Shown: positions 27,781 to 36,777 of the stretch, piece by piece
How positions within the stretch are numbered: position 1 is the stretch's first letter
How the letters are laid out: each line of letters starts with the position of its first letter
Origin: Clostridia bacterium
GTDB lineage: Bacteria > Bacillota > Clostridia > Christensenellales > Aristaeellaceae
Length of the DNA stretch: 64,000 bases
Direction: 5' to 3'
Assembly: GCA_017481825.1 (NCBI GenBank)
Contig: JAFUOR010000020.1
Location: 753-64,752 of the forward strand
Program-made: the position numbers and the translations under genes
The notes under the pieces: generated by a model
The model's input: only the letters and a program-made list of their open reading frames with translations
What the model was told of the DNA's origin: nothing
Databases searched by the model: none

Positions 27781-28545
27781 TTATGCTTCCCCTGCCACAA
27801 TCAGCTCTGCGCCGCTGTTTTTCACGCGCTGCTGATCCTCCGCGGAGGGCATCTCATCCGTCACCAGAATGTCGAAATCCTCCAGCTGCGCGAAGGTCAT
27901 CAGCCCCGTCACGCCAAACTTGGCCCTGGCAATGAGCAGCACGGTTTTCTCCGCATTTTCCACCGCGCATTTCTTGATTTCATACTCCATCGGGCTGGAG
28001 TTGGTCACCCCGTGACTGGACAGCCCCGTGGACGCCATGAACGCCATACTGATATTGAAGCGTTTCAGATAGCGCACTGCATCATCCCCGGTGAGGGAGC
28101 GCGTCTTGCGGCGCACCTGTCCGGGCAGGGCAATGATGGTGATGTTCTCATGGGGCAGCGCGCGGTTGATGGCCTCCAGGTTGTTGGTGATGATGGTCAG
28201 CTCCCGCCTGTCCGCCAGATAGTCGATCATGTGCAGCGTGGTGGTGCCGGAATCGATGAACACAATATCCCCGTCCCGCACCAGCTCTGCCGCGCGCCTG
28301 CCGATGGCTGCCTTGGCAGCCTCGCTGCCCCGGCGGCGCACCTCATAGGGCGTCAGCGCCTGCTCAGTGGTTCTGGCGCACACACCCCCATAGACCTTCT
28401 CGACGGTGCCGCGCTTGAGCAGCGCCGCCACATCCCGCCGGACTGTATTCATGGATATATCAAAGTGCTCCCGCAGCTCCTCCATCGTGGCTGCACCCTG
28501 CTGCAGGATATAGCGCTCCATGTCCAACATGCGATCTGCCTTCAT
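27781..28545 (-). CDS. DeoR family transcriptional regulator
   Basis: 254 aa with an N-terminal HTH (ATMEELREHFDISMNTVRRDV) and a C-terminal DeoR sugar-phosphate sensor domain. GAGGAGGAA RBS. Confidence 0.9.
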   Translation of the reverse strand: MKADRMLDMERYILQQGAATMEELREHFDISMNTVRRDVAALLKRGTVEKVYGGVCARTTEQALTPYEVRRRGSEAAKAAIGRRAAELVRDGDIVFIDSGTTTLHMIDYLADRRELTIITNNLEAINRALPHENITIIALPGQVRRKTRSLTGDDAVRYLKRFNISMAFMASTGLSSHGVTNSSPMEYEIKKCAVENAEKTVLLIARAKFGVTGLMTFAQLEDFDILVTDEMPSAEDQQRVKNSGAELIVAGEA

Positions 28546-28577
28546 ATGCGATTCCTCCTCATGTCCATCTATCTTCT

Positions 28578-28605
28578 ATTTTACCGCAATTTTATCATTT
28601 GTAAA
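28578..28605 (-). promoter_or_regulatory. putative promoter of the deoR-GH38 unit
   Basis: Minus strand TTTACA - 16 nt - TAAAAT. Confidence 0.4.
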
Positions 28606-28657
28606 GTACATTTTGGGTATATTCTGAGAAATTTATCAAGATTTTTTCATTTCCCGC

Positions 28658-28686
28658 TTGCATAACGTGATTTGCTTTGCTATAAT
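28658..28686 (+). promoter_or_regulatory. putative sigma-A promoter of the lyase-like/ABC importer operon
   Basis: TTGCAT - 17 nt - TATAAT, near consensus. Flanked by inverted 8-mers TTTGCTTT (28671-28678) and AAAGCAAA (28707-28714). Confidence 0.5.
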
Positions 28687-28753
28687 ACAGATAACAGACA
28701 TCCGGAAAAGCAAACTTACCCATACTCTACCCTCATGAGAGGCGTGATGACAG

Positions 28754-30406
28754 ATGACCCATTGCCAAGAGCTGCTGGCACGCCATGACGGTTATATCGA
28801 GGCGCTGCTGGCACGGCAGATCACCCAGCAGAACGATCCCCGTTACGGCGGCTTCTGGACGGAGCAGTTCCATGTCGAGCCCCGGCAGAGCGGCTTCTTC
28901 CTGGGCGACATGATCGCCGCCTACTGCACCAAAGGCAGCCGCTGGTATCTGCAGCCCCGCCTGGCGGAGGCCATCCAGGCGGATCTGACCTACATGACCA
29001 ACCACCAGCGGCCCGATGGCTGCTTTGATCTGACCCCCTGCAACTATGCCTCGCCTCCGGACACCGCCTTTATGATGAACGCCGTGCTGAACGGCTGGTG
29101 GCTGCTGGAGAAGTGCAGCGCACCCGAGGCTGACTTCATCCGCGAGCCGGTGCTCCGCCTGATCGATACGACCTCGCGGGGCATTGCGGCAGGCGGCTTC
29201 CATACGCCGAACCACCGCTGGGCCATCGCGGCCTGCCTGCTGAGCTGCGAGAAGATCACCGGCAATGCCGCCCTTGGCGAGCGCGCCCGCGAATATCTGC
29301 GCGAGGGGCTGGACATCAACGAGGACGGCGAATTCGCCGAGCGCAGCGCAGGCAATTACAATCAGGTCAACGATGACCAGATGATCCGCCTGTACCTGGC
29401 CACGGGCGACAGCACATACCTTGAGGCCGCTGCGAAAAACCTCGAGATGATGTACTGCTACTTTGACCCGGACAACTCCGTGTTCACCAACAACTCCACC
29501 CGCCAGGATCTGGGGAAGAAGGTCTACGCGGAATCCTACTACATTCTATACCTGCTGGTAGGCTATCTGCTCAGGCGTCCCGATCTGGGGGCGATGGCAG
29601 AATGGATCTGGCAGGACTGCCGTCGGCGCGGCACACACCCGGGCGGCGTGGAATGGCTGCTGCTCTTCCCGGAGATGGACGGTTACGGCTCGGATGCACC
29701 CTTCATGAAGCCCTTCGAGCATTATGACCGCCTCTTCCCGGACAGCGATATCGCCCGCATCCGCGAAGGGCGCTGGAGCTGCTCCCTCCTCAGGAGCAAG
29801 GCGAACTGCCTGTACTTCCAGCACGGCTCCTTCAGCATGTACATGACCATCTACTCCAATCTGTGCGACCGCCGCAACTTCCTGGCGGACACCCTCGTCC
29901 CCACAGAAACCGGCTACCGCATGACCGCCCACGCCGCCGGATGGTACTACCTCCCCTTCCCAGAGAAGCCGGACACCTCCGACTGGTGGGCCATGGACAA
30001 CGCAAACCGCCGTCCCCGAACCGAAGGGCTGCCGCTGGATACGATGCTGGACATCGTCAAGCGCCCCGACGGTATCGACCTTCACATCCGCACTACGGGC
30101 ATCGACCAGCTGCCCCTGCGTATGGAATTTTCCTTCCTGCCGGGCGGATATGTGCGCACGGAGCACTTCCTGCAGCGCGCCGGGGCGGGCGAGAGCATCA
30201 ACGTGCTTGACGGTCATGTCGAGGCAGCCGGGCCCTCGGGCGAGACGATCACCATCGGCCCCGCCTTTGGCGCCCACGACTTCACCGATCGCATGGGCGG
30301 CGCCTACCCCCTCAGCCAGAGCCACTACACCGTCTACTTCACGGCCTACACGCCCGTGGAAAAGGTGATCCGGATTCGCGCAGAAGCCCTGGATCACCAC
30401 CTGTAA
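28754..30406 (+). CDS. uncharacterised enzyme, possibly a heparinase II/III-like (alpha/alpha toroid plus beta-sandwich) lyase
   Basis: 550 aa with no signal peptide. GGFHTPNHRWAIAACLL and FQHGSFSMYM resemble the N-H and H-x-GSF motifs of heparinase II/III-type lyases. This is pattern recall only, not an alignment. Confidence 0.75.
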   Translation: MTHCQELLARHDGYIEALLARQITQQNDPRYGGFWTEQFHVEPRQSGFFLGDMIAAYCTKGSRWYLQPRLAEAIQADLTYMTNHQRPDGCFDLTPCNYASPPDTAFMMNAVLNGWWLLEKCSAPEADFIREPVLRLIDTTSRGIAAGGFHTPNHRWAIAACLLSCEKITGNAALGERAREYLREGLDINEDGEFAERSAGNYNQVNDDQMIRLYLATGDSTYLEAAAKNLEMMYCYFDPDNSVFTNNSTRQDLGKKVYAESYYILYLLVGYLLRRPDLGAMAEWIWQDCRRRGTHPGGVEWLLLFPEMDGYGSDAPFMKPFEHYDRLFPDSDIARIREGRWSCSLLRSKANCLYFQHGSFSMYMTIYSNLCDRRNFLADTLVPTETGYRMTAHAAGWYYLPFPEKPDTSDWWAMDNANRRPRTEGLPLDTMLDIVKRPDGIDLHIRTTGIDQLPLRMEFSFLPGGYVRTEHFLQRAGAGESINVLDGHVEAAGPSGETITIGPAFGAHDFTDRMGGAYPLSQSHYTVYFTAYTPVEKVIRIRAEALDHHL

Positions 30407-30466
30407 ACCGATCCTATTCCGCATGGGCATTTGCGGAAAAAGATAAATCATCAAGGAGGAACCCGT

Positions 30467-32341
30467 ATGAAAAAGTTCGTTTCCCTGGCAATGGCGCTGC
30501 TGATGCTCATCAGCATGATCCCCTTTGCCTCCGCCGAGACCGTGACCTACACCCAGGCCCCCTATTGGGATGGCAAGGATCTGCCTGCTGTGGCGGATCG
30601 TCTCCCCACTGAGCCCATGGTCGAGAACGCTGCGTACCTGACCATCGGTACCTACGGCGGCGAATTGAAGACCTCCACCTCCACCAGTTCCTGGACGGCT
30701 GGCAAGATCATCGAAGAAGGCCTGTTCCGTTTCACCACCGAGGGCGTTGCTGAGCCCAACGTGGCCAAGGGCTACACCGTGAACGAGGACTCCACCGTCT
30801 ACACCATTTACCTGCGCGAAGGCATGAAGTGGTCCGACGGCCAGCCCTTCACCGCGGAAGACTGCGTATGGTTCTACAACGCCATCTGCCTGAACAAGGT
30901 TGACTCCAAGGGCGTGCGCGCCTGCCACAAGGACGCCGACGGCAACCCCGCCGTGGTCGAAAAGGTTGATGACTACACCTTCACCGTCACCTTCGGCACC
31001 CCCAAGTACGGCTTCATTGAGGCCCTGTGCGTGGATCTGAAGTGGCACTACGCGCCCAAGCACATCTTCGAGGGCATGGTCGATGACATCATCGCCGGCA
31101 ACAACGATGCTGCGCTGGCCAAGGCCAAGGAAATCTGCGGCGTTGAGTTCGCGGACGTGTCCAAGGCCGGCAAGGAAATGCTCTACTACTTCTGGAACTA
31201 CCCGGGTATCCCCACCCTGAACCCCTACGTCCTGTCCACCGAGGCTGGTAAGAACGACGTCAAGGGCGACTACTACGAGTACGTCCGCAACCCCTACTAC
31301 TGGAAGGTCGACGCGCAGGGCCAGCAGCTGCCCTACATCGACAAGATCACCTACACTGCGATCCAGAACGTTGACCAGTCCCTGATGCTCCTGCTGGATG
31401 GCACCGTCGATTTCCAGACTGTTGGCATGGACAGCCTGGCGACCATCATGTCCGATGCGCAGGTCAAGATCAACATCAACGAATGGTCCTCCGGCTCCTG
31501 GGGCAACACCCAGACCCAGCTGCACATGAACATGTCCATCGCCGATGAAAAGCTGAACGCCCTGTTCAACAACGCAGACTTCCGCCAGGCTGTGTCCATC
31601 GCGGTTGACCGCACCGAGTTCGCGGGCCTGTTCTCCGACGGCTGGCTCGAGGGCGGCCAGGCTGCTCCCTCCCAGGGTGCGCTGGGCTACTCCGAGGAGT
31701 GGGCCTCCAAGTGGACCGAGTACGACACCGCCAAGGCCAAGACCCTGCTGGAGAGCGCGGGTCTGGTCATGGGCGCTGACGGCTACTACGACTTTGCCGA
31801 CGGCACCGACTTCGCGCTGAACATCGTTTCCGTGGCCGACAGCGGCGCTGCCGACACCTACGCTCTGCTTAAGCCCTACTACGATGCTGCGGGCATCAAG
31901 ACCACCTTCCGTGACTATGACCGCTCCAACATCGACAACATGATCCTCGCCAACGAGATCGAATGCATCCTGTTCCCCGTGACCGGCCTGGGCGACATCT
32001 CCATCGTGCTCAAGCCCAACTCCTTCATCCCCGGCACCGCCACCAACGTGGTCTGGTACGGCACGATGACCAAGGAAAACGCTACCGGCGATCTGCTCAA
32101 GCTGATCGAGCTCAAGGAACAGCTGGACGTGACCGCTGATACCGACGCCCGCACCGAGATCGCCAAGCAGATGCTCAAGCTTCACGAGGAGAATATGTGG
32201 GTCATCGCCTACGTGGCTTCCGCTCCCACCTACCACGCTGTGAACGCCCGTATCCAGAATTTCCCCTCCACCGGCGTGTGGTCCGACATCTACCGCGACC
32301 TGGGCATCGCCCACGTGCAGTGCTGGTACATCCAGGAGTAA
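30467..32341 (+). CDS. ABC transporter substrate-binding lipoprotein/secreted protein, family 5 (Opp/Dpp type)
   Basis: Signal peptide MKKFVSLAMALLMLISMIPFASA with an AAGGAGGA RBS. About 620 aa, family-5 SBP-like. The track start (TTG at 30431) is rejected. Confidence 0.9.
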   Translation: MKKFVSLAMALLMLISMIPFASAETVTYTQAPYWDGKDLPAVADRLPTEPMVENAAYLTIGTYGGELKTSTSTSSWTAGKIIEEGLFRFTTEGVAEPNVAKGYTVNEDSTVYTIYLREGMKWSDGQPFTAEDCVWFYNAICLNKVDSKGVRACHKDADGNPAVVEKVDDYTFTVTFGTPKYGFIEALCVDLKWHYAPKHIFEGMVDDIIAGNNDAALAKAKEICGVEFADVSKAGKEMLYYFWNYPGIPTLNPYVLSTEAGKNDVKGDYYEYVRNPYYWKVDAQGQQLPYIDKITYTAIQNVDQSLMLLLDGTVDFQTVGMDSLATIMSDAQVKININEWSSGSWGNTQTQLHMNMSIADEKLNALFNNADFRQAVSIAVDRTEFAGLFSDGWLEGGQAAPSQGALGYSEEWASKWTEYDTAKAKTLLESAGLVMGADGYYDFADGTDFALNIVSVADSGAADTYALLKPYYDAAGIKTTFRDYDRSNIDNMILANEIECILFPVTGLGDISIVLKPNSFIPGTATNVVWYGTMTKENATGDLLKLIELKEQLDVTADTDARTEIAKQMLKLHEENMWVIAYVASAPTYHAVNARIQNFPSTGVWSDIYRDLGIAHVQCWYIQE

Positions 32342-32394
32342 TGCCATCTCCGGTTCCTGAGGTTACCTGAACCAATCAATAATCCCGGTTAAGG

Positions 32395-32435
32395 ATGCGG
32401 GAGGTAACAGCTTTCAAAGACGTTGCCTCCCGCAT
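32395..32435 (+). promoter_or_regulatory. strong intra-operon hairpin after the SBP gene
   Basis: ATGCGGGAGGTAAC - 13-nt loop - GTTGCCTCCCGCAT (14-bp stem including one G-U pair). Only a weak T tract follows (TTCATT). Confidence 0.4.
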
Positions 32436-32476
32436 TTCATTAGAAACAGAAGGCGTAGAAAGGATGCGAGGCATAC

Positions 32477-33472
32477 ATGCTCAAATATATCGGCAAACGC
32501 CTGCTTCTCTTCATTCCTACGATCATCATCATTTCCTTTGTGATCTTCTTCATCATCCAGCTGCCCCCGGGCGACTATGTCACCTCCTACGTCGCCGCCA
32601 TGGCTGCGGAGGGCGAGGTCTTCACGCTGGAGGATATCGCGTACCTGCGCGAACACTACGGATTGGATGATCCCTGGTATGTACAGTATTTCAACTGGAT
32701 CAAGGACATCATCACCAAGGGCGATTTCGGTTACTCCTTTGAATACGGCCGCTCCGTCTGGAGCGTCATCATGGATCGCCTGTACCTGACGCTGGCGGTC
32801 TCCTTCGTCATTCTGATCTTCCAGTACGGCGTATCGCTGCCCATCGGCATCTACTGCGCCAACCACCAGTATTCCGCAGGCGACTACATCTGGTCGTTCT
32901 TCGGCTTCCTGGGCACAGCGACACCGAACTTCCTTCTGGCTATCCTGATCATGTACTGGGTCTATGTGGCCACGGGTCAGGTATATCTGGGCCTTTTCAG
33001 CCATGATATGCTGCAAAACGGCCTGCGGTGGGAGTATGTGCCCGAGTTCCTGGGCCGCTGCCTGATCCCGCTGATCGTCATCGGCACCTCCGGCACCTGC
33101 GGCATCATCCGCACCGTGCGCGCCCAGATGCTGGACGAGCAGGCCCGGCAGTACACCCTCACCGCCCGCGCCAAGGGCTGCTCCGAGGCCACGATCACCT
33201 ACAAGTACTGCCTGCGCGCCGCGCTGAACCCCGTGGTTTCCGGCATGGCTGGCTCCCTGCGAACGATCTTCTCCGGCTCCACCGTATCCGCCATCGTGAT
33301 GAACCTGCAGATTCAGGGGCCTGTGCTGCTGACGGCACTGAAGTCCCAGGATATGTACCTGGCCGGCACCATCGTCATGATTCAGGCGGTGCTGGTGGTC
33401 GTGGGTACGCTGCTGAGCGATATCGCGCTGGCATGGCTCGATCCGCGGATCAGATTCTCAGAAAGGAGCTGA
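32477..33472 (+). CDS. ABC transporter permease (DppB/OppB type)
   Basis: 331 aa with an MLKYIGKRLL N-terminus and BPD-transport motifs, 6 TM. Confidence 0.9.
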   Translation: MLKYIGKRLLLFIPTIIIISFVIFFIIQLPPGDYVTSYVAAMAAEGEVFTLEDIAYLREHYGLDDPWYVQYFNWIKDIITKGDFGYSFEYGRSVWSVIMDRLYLTLAVSFVILIFQYGVSLPIGIYCANHQYSAGDYIWSFFGFLGTATPNFLLAILIMYWVYVATGQVYLGLFSHDMLQNGLRWEYVPEFLGRCLIPLIVIGTSGTCGIIRTVRAQMLDEQARQYTLTARAKGCSEATITYKYCLRAALNPVVSGMAGSLRTIFSGSTVSAIVMNLQIQGPVLLTALKSQDMYLAGTIVMIQAVLVVVGTLLSDIALAWLDPRIRFSERS

Positions 33473-33476
33473 CGAG

Positions 33477-34610
33477 ATGGCACTGTTCAAGAAAAAGACA
33501 GCAAGTGATGAGTCCTACTATCTTGCTTCCCAATGGACGCTGATGTGGCGCAAGCTGCAGAAGCATACGCTGGCCAAGTTCTCGCTGATCCTGCTGGTGA
33601 TTCTGTATCTGGGCGCGCTCTTTGCGGACTTCATCGCTCCCTACGGCCTGGAGGAGTTCTCTGCATTGTATAAGGACACCGCCCCCACCAAGGTTTACTG
33701 GACAGACGAGGAGGGCAATCTCAGCGCCCCGTATGTCCACAAGCTCACCAAGGTCAACGACAAAAAGACCTGGACGGTCATCATCACCGAGGATACGAGC
33801 GAGAAGTTCTATCTGCGTTTCTTCGTCAAGGGCACGTCCTACAAGCTCTTCGGCCTGTTTGACTGCGATATGCATCTCTACGGCCTTGTGAACGAGGCTG
33901 GCGAGGTGGATCGCACCGCCCGCATCAACATCTTCGGCGCTGACAGCGCAGGACGCGATATTTTCTCCCGAATCCTCTTCGGTTCCCGCGTGTCGCTGAC
34001 CATTCCCTTTGTTTCCGCCGCCATCAGCTTCATCCTGGGCATATTGCTGGGCGGCATATCGGGTTACTTCGGAGGCTTGGTGGATAACATCATCCAGCGC
34101 GTCATTGAGGTGCTGTCGGCCATTCCGTCCATCCCGCTGTGGCTGGCGCTGTCCGCAGCCATTCCGCCGGATATTTCCGTGTCGGCAATGTACCTGTACA
34201 TCACGATCATCCTGTCCTTCATCGGCTGGACGGGCCTGGCCCGCGTGGTGCGCGGCAAGTTCATCTCCCTGCGCAAGGAAGATTTCGTCATGGCCGCCAA
34301 GCTCTCGGGCGTGAGCGACTTCAAGATCATCGTCAAGCATCTGGTGCCGGGCTTCCTGAGCTACCTGATTGTGAACCTGACGCTGGGTATCCCCGGTTCC
34401 ATCCTGGGCGAAACGTCCATGAGCTACCTTGGCCTTGGCATGAAGGCCCCCGCCACCAGCTGGGGCGTTCTGCTCAAGGAAACTGAGGATCTGGTGTCCG
34501 TGGCCCAATGCCCGTGGAAGATGATCCCGCTTCTCTTCGTGGTCATCACCGTGCTGGCCTTCAACTTCCTGGGCGACGGCCTGCGCGACGCTGCAGACCC
34601 CTACAAGTAA
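33477..34610 (+). CDS. ABC transporter permease (DppC/OppC type) with an extended extracytoplasmic loop
   Basis: 377 aa, OppC-like. About 100 extra residues follow TM1. Confidence 0.9.
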   Translation: MALFKKKTASDESYYLASQWTLMWRKLQKHTLAKFSLILLVILYLGALFADFIAPYGLEEFSALYKDTAPTKVYWTDEEGNLSAPYVHKLTKVNDKKTWTVIITEDTSEKFYLRFFVKGTSYKLFGLFDCDMHLYGLVNEAGEVDRTARINIFGADSAGRDIFSRILFGSRVSLTIPFVSAAISFILGILLGGISGYFGGLVDNIIQRVIEVLSAIPSIPLWLALSAAIPPDISVSAMYLYITIILSFIGWTGLARVVRGKFISLRKEDFVMAAKLSGVSDFKIIVKHLVPGFLSYLIVNLTLGIPGSILGETSMSYLGLGMKAPATSWGVLLKETEDLVSVAQCPWKMIPLLFVVITVLAFNFLGDGLRDAADPYK

Positions 34611-34628
34611 GAGCAGAAAGGAGTGCGT

Positions 34629-35681
34629 ATGATGGATAATGCTGTGCATAGCAACGACACCATCCTGACGATCAAGGACCTGCATATCAACATCAAGATC
34701 GACGAAGGTACGCTCACTGCTGTTCGCGGGGTCGATTTTGAAATCAAAAAGGGCGAAACCCTGGGCCTGGTAGGCGAAAGCGGCTGCGGCAAGTCCCTGA
34801 CCAGCAAAGCCATCCTGGGCATCAATGACAAGAAATGCAAGGCTGAGGGCGAGATCGTCTTTGAATCGGACAACATGGGCCGCGTCAATCTGCTGGCCCT
34901 TCCGACCCGTGGCAAAGAGATCCGCTCCATCCGCGGCAAGCAGATTTCAATGATCTTCCAGGAGCCCATGGTCGCCTTCTCCCCCATGTACACCATCGGC
35001 AACCAGATCAACGAGGCCACACTGCTTCACATCACCAAGGACAAGAAAAAGGCTAAGGAAATCTCCCTGGGCGTGATGAAGAAGGTCGGCATCGCCAACG
35101 CCGAGAAGCGCTATGACCAGTATCCCCACGAATTCTCCGGCGGCATGCTCCAGCGCGCGCTGATCGCCATGGCACTGGTATGCAACCCCAAGCTGCTCAT
35201 CGCCGACGAGCCCACCACGGCGCTGGACGTAACCATCCAGGCGCAGATTCTGGAGCTGATGAAGGAGCTGCAAAAGGACTTTGGCATGTCCATCCTCTTC
35301 ATCACCCACGATCTGGGGACGGTCGCCAAGATGTGTGACCGCGTGGCGGTCATGTATCTTGGCCGGATTGTCGAATCCGCCCCCGTTTCGGAAATCTACA
35401 ACAACCCGCAGCATCCCTACACCAAGGGCCTGATCGGCTCGGTGCACAAGATTGGCACCAAGAAGCAGGACAGGCTGTTCTCCATCGAAGGCACGGTTCC
35501 GCTGGCGCTGAACCTGCCCGCGGGCTGCGGCTTCTACGACCGGTGCAGCGAGCGCATCGAGGGCGTGTGTAATGTCTACGATCCGTCGCTGGTGGATGTG
35601 GGCAGCGATCACAAGATTGCATGCTTCGCCTGCACAGGCTGTCCTCATGGCTGCAAAAAGGAGGGCAAGGGCAATGAATAA
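34629..35681 (+). CDS. ABC transporter ATP-binding protein (OppD/DppD type)
   Basis: Walker A GESGCGKS, signature FSGGMLQR and a C-terminal oligopeptide-type extension with Cys residues. The ATG at 34629 follows AAAGGAG. Confidence 0.9.
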   Translation: MMDNAVHSNDTILTIKDLHINIKIDEGTLTAVRGVDFEIKKGETLGLVGESGCGKSLTSKAILGINDKKCKAEGEIVFESDNMGRVNLLALPTRGKEIRSIRGKQISMIFQEPMVAFSPMYTIGNQINEATLLHITKDKKKAKEISLGVMKKVGIANAEKRYDQYPHEFSGGMLQRALIAMALVCNPKLLIADEPTTALDVTIQAQILELMKELQKDFGMSILFITHDLGTVAKMCDRVAVMYLGRIVESAPVSEIYNNPQHPYTKGLIGSVHKIGTKKQDRLFSIEGTVPLALNLPAGCGFYDRCSERIEGVCNVYDPSLVDVGSDHKIACFACTGCPHGCKKEGKGNE

Positions 35682-36678
35682 GGGCGATCTGATCATGAAG
35701 ATCCGCGACATTCACATGAACTTCCACTCCAAGGGCATCTGCGTGCGCGCCGTATCCGGCGTATCCTTTGATGTGCACAAGGGCGAGACCATCGGCATCG
35801 TGGGCGAATCCGGCTGCGGCAAAACCACGCTGGGACGCTGCATCGTGCGCGCCATCGAGGCCAGCGAGGGCGAAGTCATCTACACCGCCCTTGACGGCAA
35901 GGAGTATGACTTCCTCAAGATTGACAGGAAAACCATGAAGGGCATCCGCAAGGAGATCCAGATGATCTTCCAGGATCCCTATTCCTCCCTTGACCCGCGC
36001 ATGACGGTGCTGGATATCATCGCCGAGCCCATCAAGGCCAACTACCCCAAGATGCCCAAGGCCGAGCGCGAGGCGATGGTCATCGACATCGCCGACAAGG
36101 TGGGCCTCAACACCTCCTACCTCAAGCGCTATCCCCACGCTTTCTCCGGCGGCCAGCGCCAGCGCATCGGCATCGCCCGCGCACTGATTCTCAAGCCCCA
36201 ACTCATTGTGTGCGACGAGGCCGTATCCGCCCTGGACGTATCCATTCAGGCGCAGATCATCAACCTTCTACGCGATCTGCAAAAGGAAATGGATCTGACC
36301 TACATTTTCATCAGCCATGACCTTTCCGTCGTGGAGCACATCTCCGACAAGGTCGGCGTGATGTACCTGGGCCGCATGGTAGAATTCGGCGAGACGGAGA
36401 AGCTCTTCGCCAGCCCGAAGCACCCCTACACCGAGGCACTGCTCTCTGCCGTACCCGTGGCTGACCCGGATGTGAAGATGGAGCGTATCCCGCTCCAGGG
36501 CGAGATCCCCAATCCGGCCAACCCGCCCAGCGGCTGCCACTTTCACGCCCGCTGCCGCTACTGCACCGAGCGCTGCAAGACGGAAATCCCCCAACTGCAT
36601 GAGGTGGATGGACGCATGGTCGCCTGCCACCGTGCAGAGGAACTGAGCCTGCGCGGCTTTGACTACGCAGACGCGTAA
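35674..36678 (+). CDS. ABC transporter ATP-binding protein (OppF/DppF type)
   Basis: Walker A GESGCGKTT and signature FSGGQRQR. The ATG at 35674 overlaps the previous gene by 8 nt. The track start at 35572 is rejected. Confidence 0.9.
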   Translation: MNKGDLIMKIRDIHMNFHSKGICVRAVSGVSFDVHKGETIGIVGESGCGKTTLGRCIVRAIEASEGEVIYTALDGKEYDFLKIDRKTMKGIRKEIQMIFQDPYSSLDPRMTVLDIIAEPIKANYPKMPKAEREAMVIDIADKVGLNTSYLKRYPHAFSGGQRQRIGIARALILKPQLIVCDEAVSALDVSIQAQIINLLRDLQKEMDLTYIFISHDLSVVEHISDKVGVMYLGRMVEFGETEKLFASPKHPYTEALLSAVPVADPDVKMERIPLQGEIPNPANPPSGCHFHARCRYCTERCKTEIPQLHEVDGRMVACHRAEELSLRGFDYADA

Positions 36679-36685
36679 TCTTTTC

Positions 36686-36718
36686 GGGCATCTCCATCGC
36701 GAGATGCTCTTTTTCTTT
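36686..36718 (+). terminator. rho-independent terminator after the ABC importer operon
   Basis: GGGCATCTC-catcgc-GAGATGCTC followed by TTTTTCTTT. Confidence 0.6.
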
Positions 36719-36777
36719 GCAGGGAAAGTGCCTTTCCCGTCGAATACCCTATCATTAACGAATTGGAGGGATACGTT

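Noticed and set aside
24750-27935. 1061-aa plus-strand ORF opposite the GH38 gene. Similar cases are 6758..9607 (opposite DUF5107), 29546..32347 (opposite the lyase-like and SBP genes), 58679..60838 and 60756..61640 (opposite the Dpp genes), 46712..48445 (opposite a permease), 39289..41013 (opposite CotH) and 23465..24691 (opposite GH105).
   Set aside because: All are antisense shadows of well-supported genes. They have no RBS or motifs, and their composition is typical of GC-driven spurious frames.
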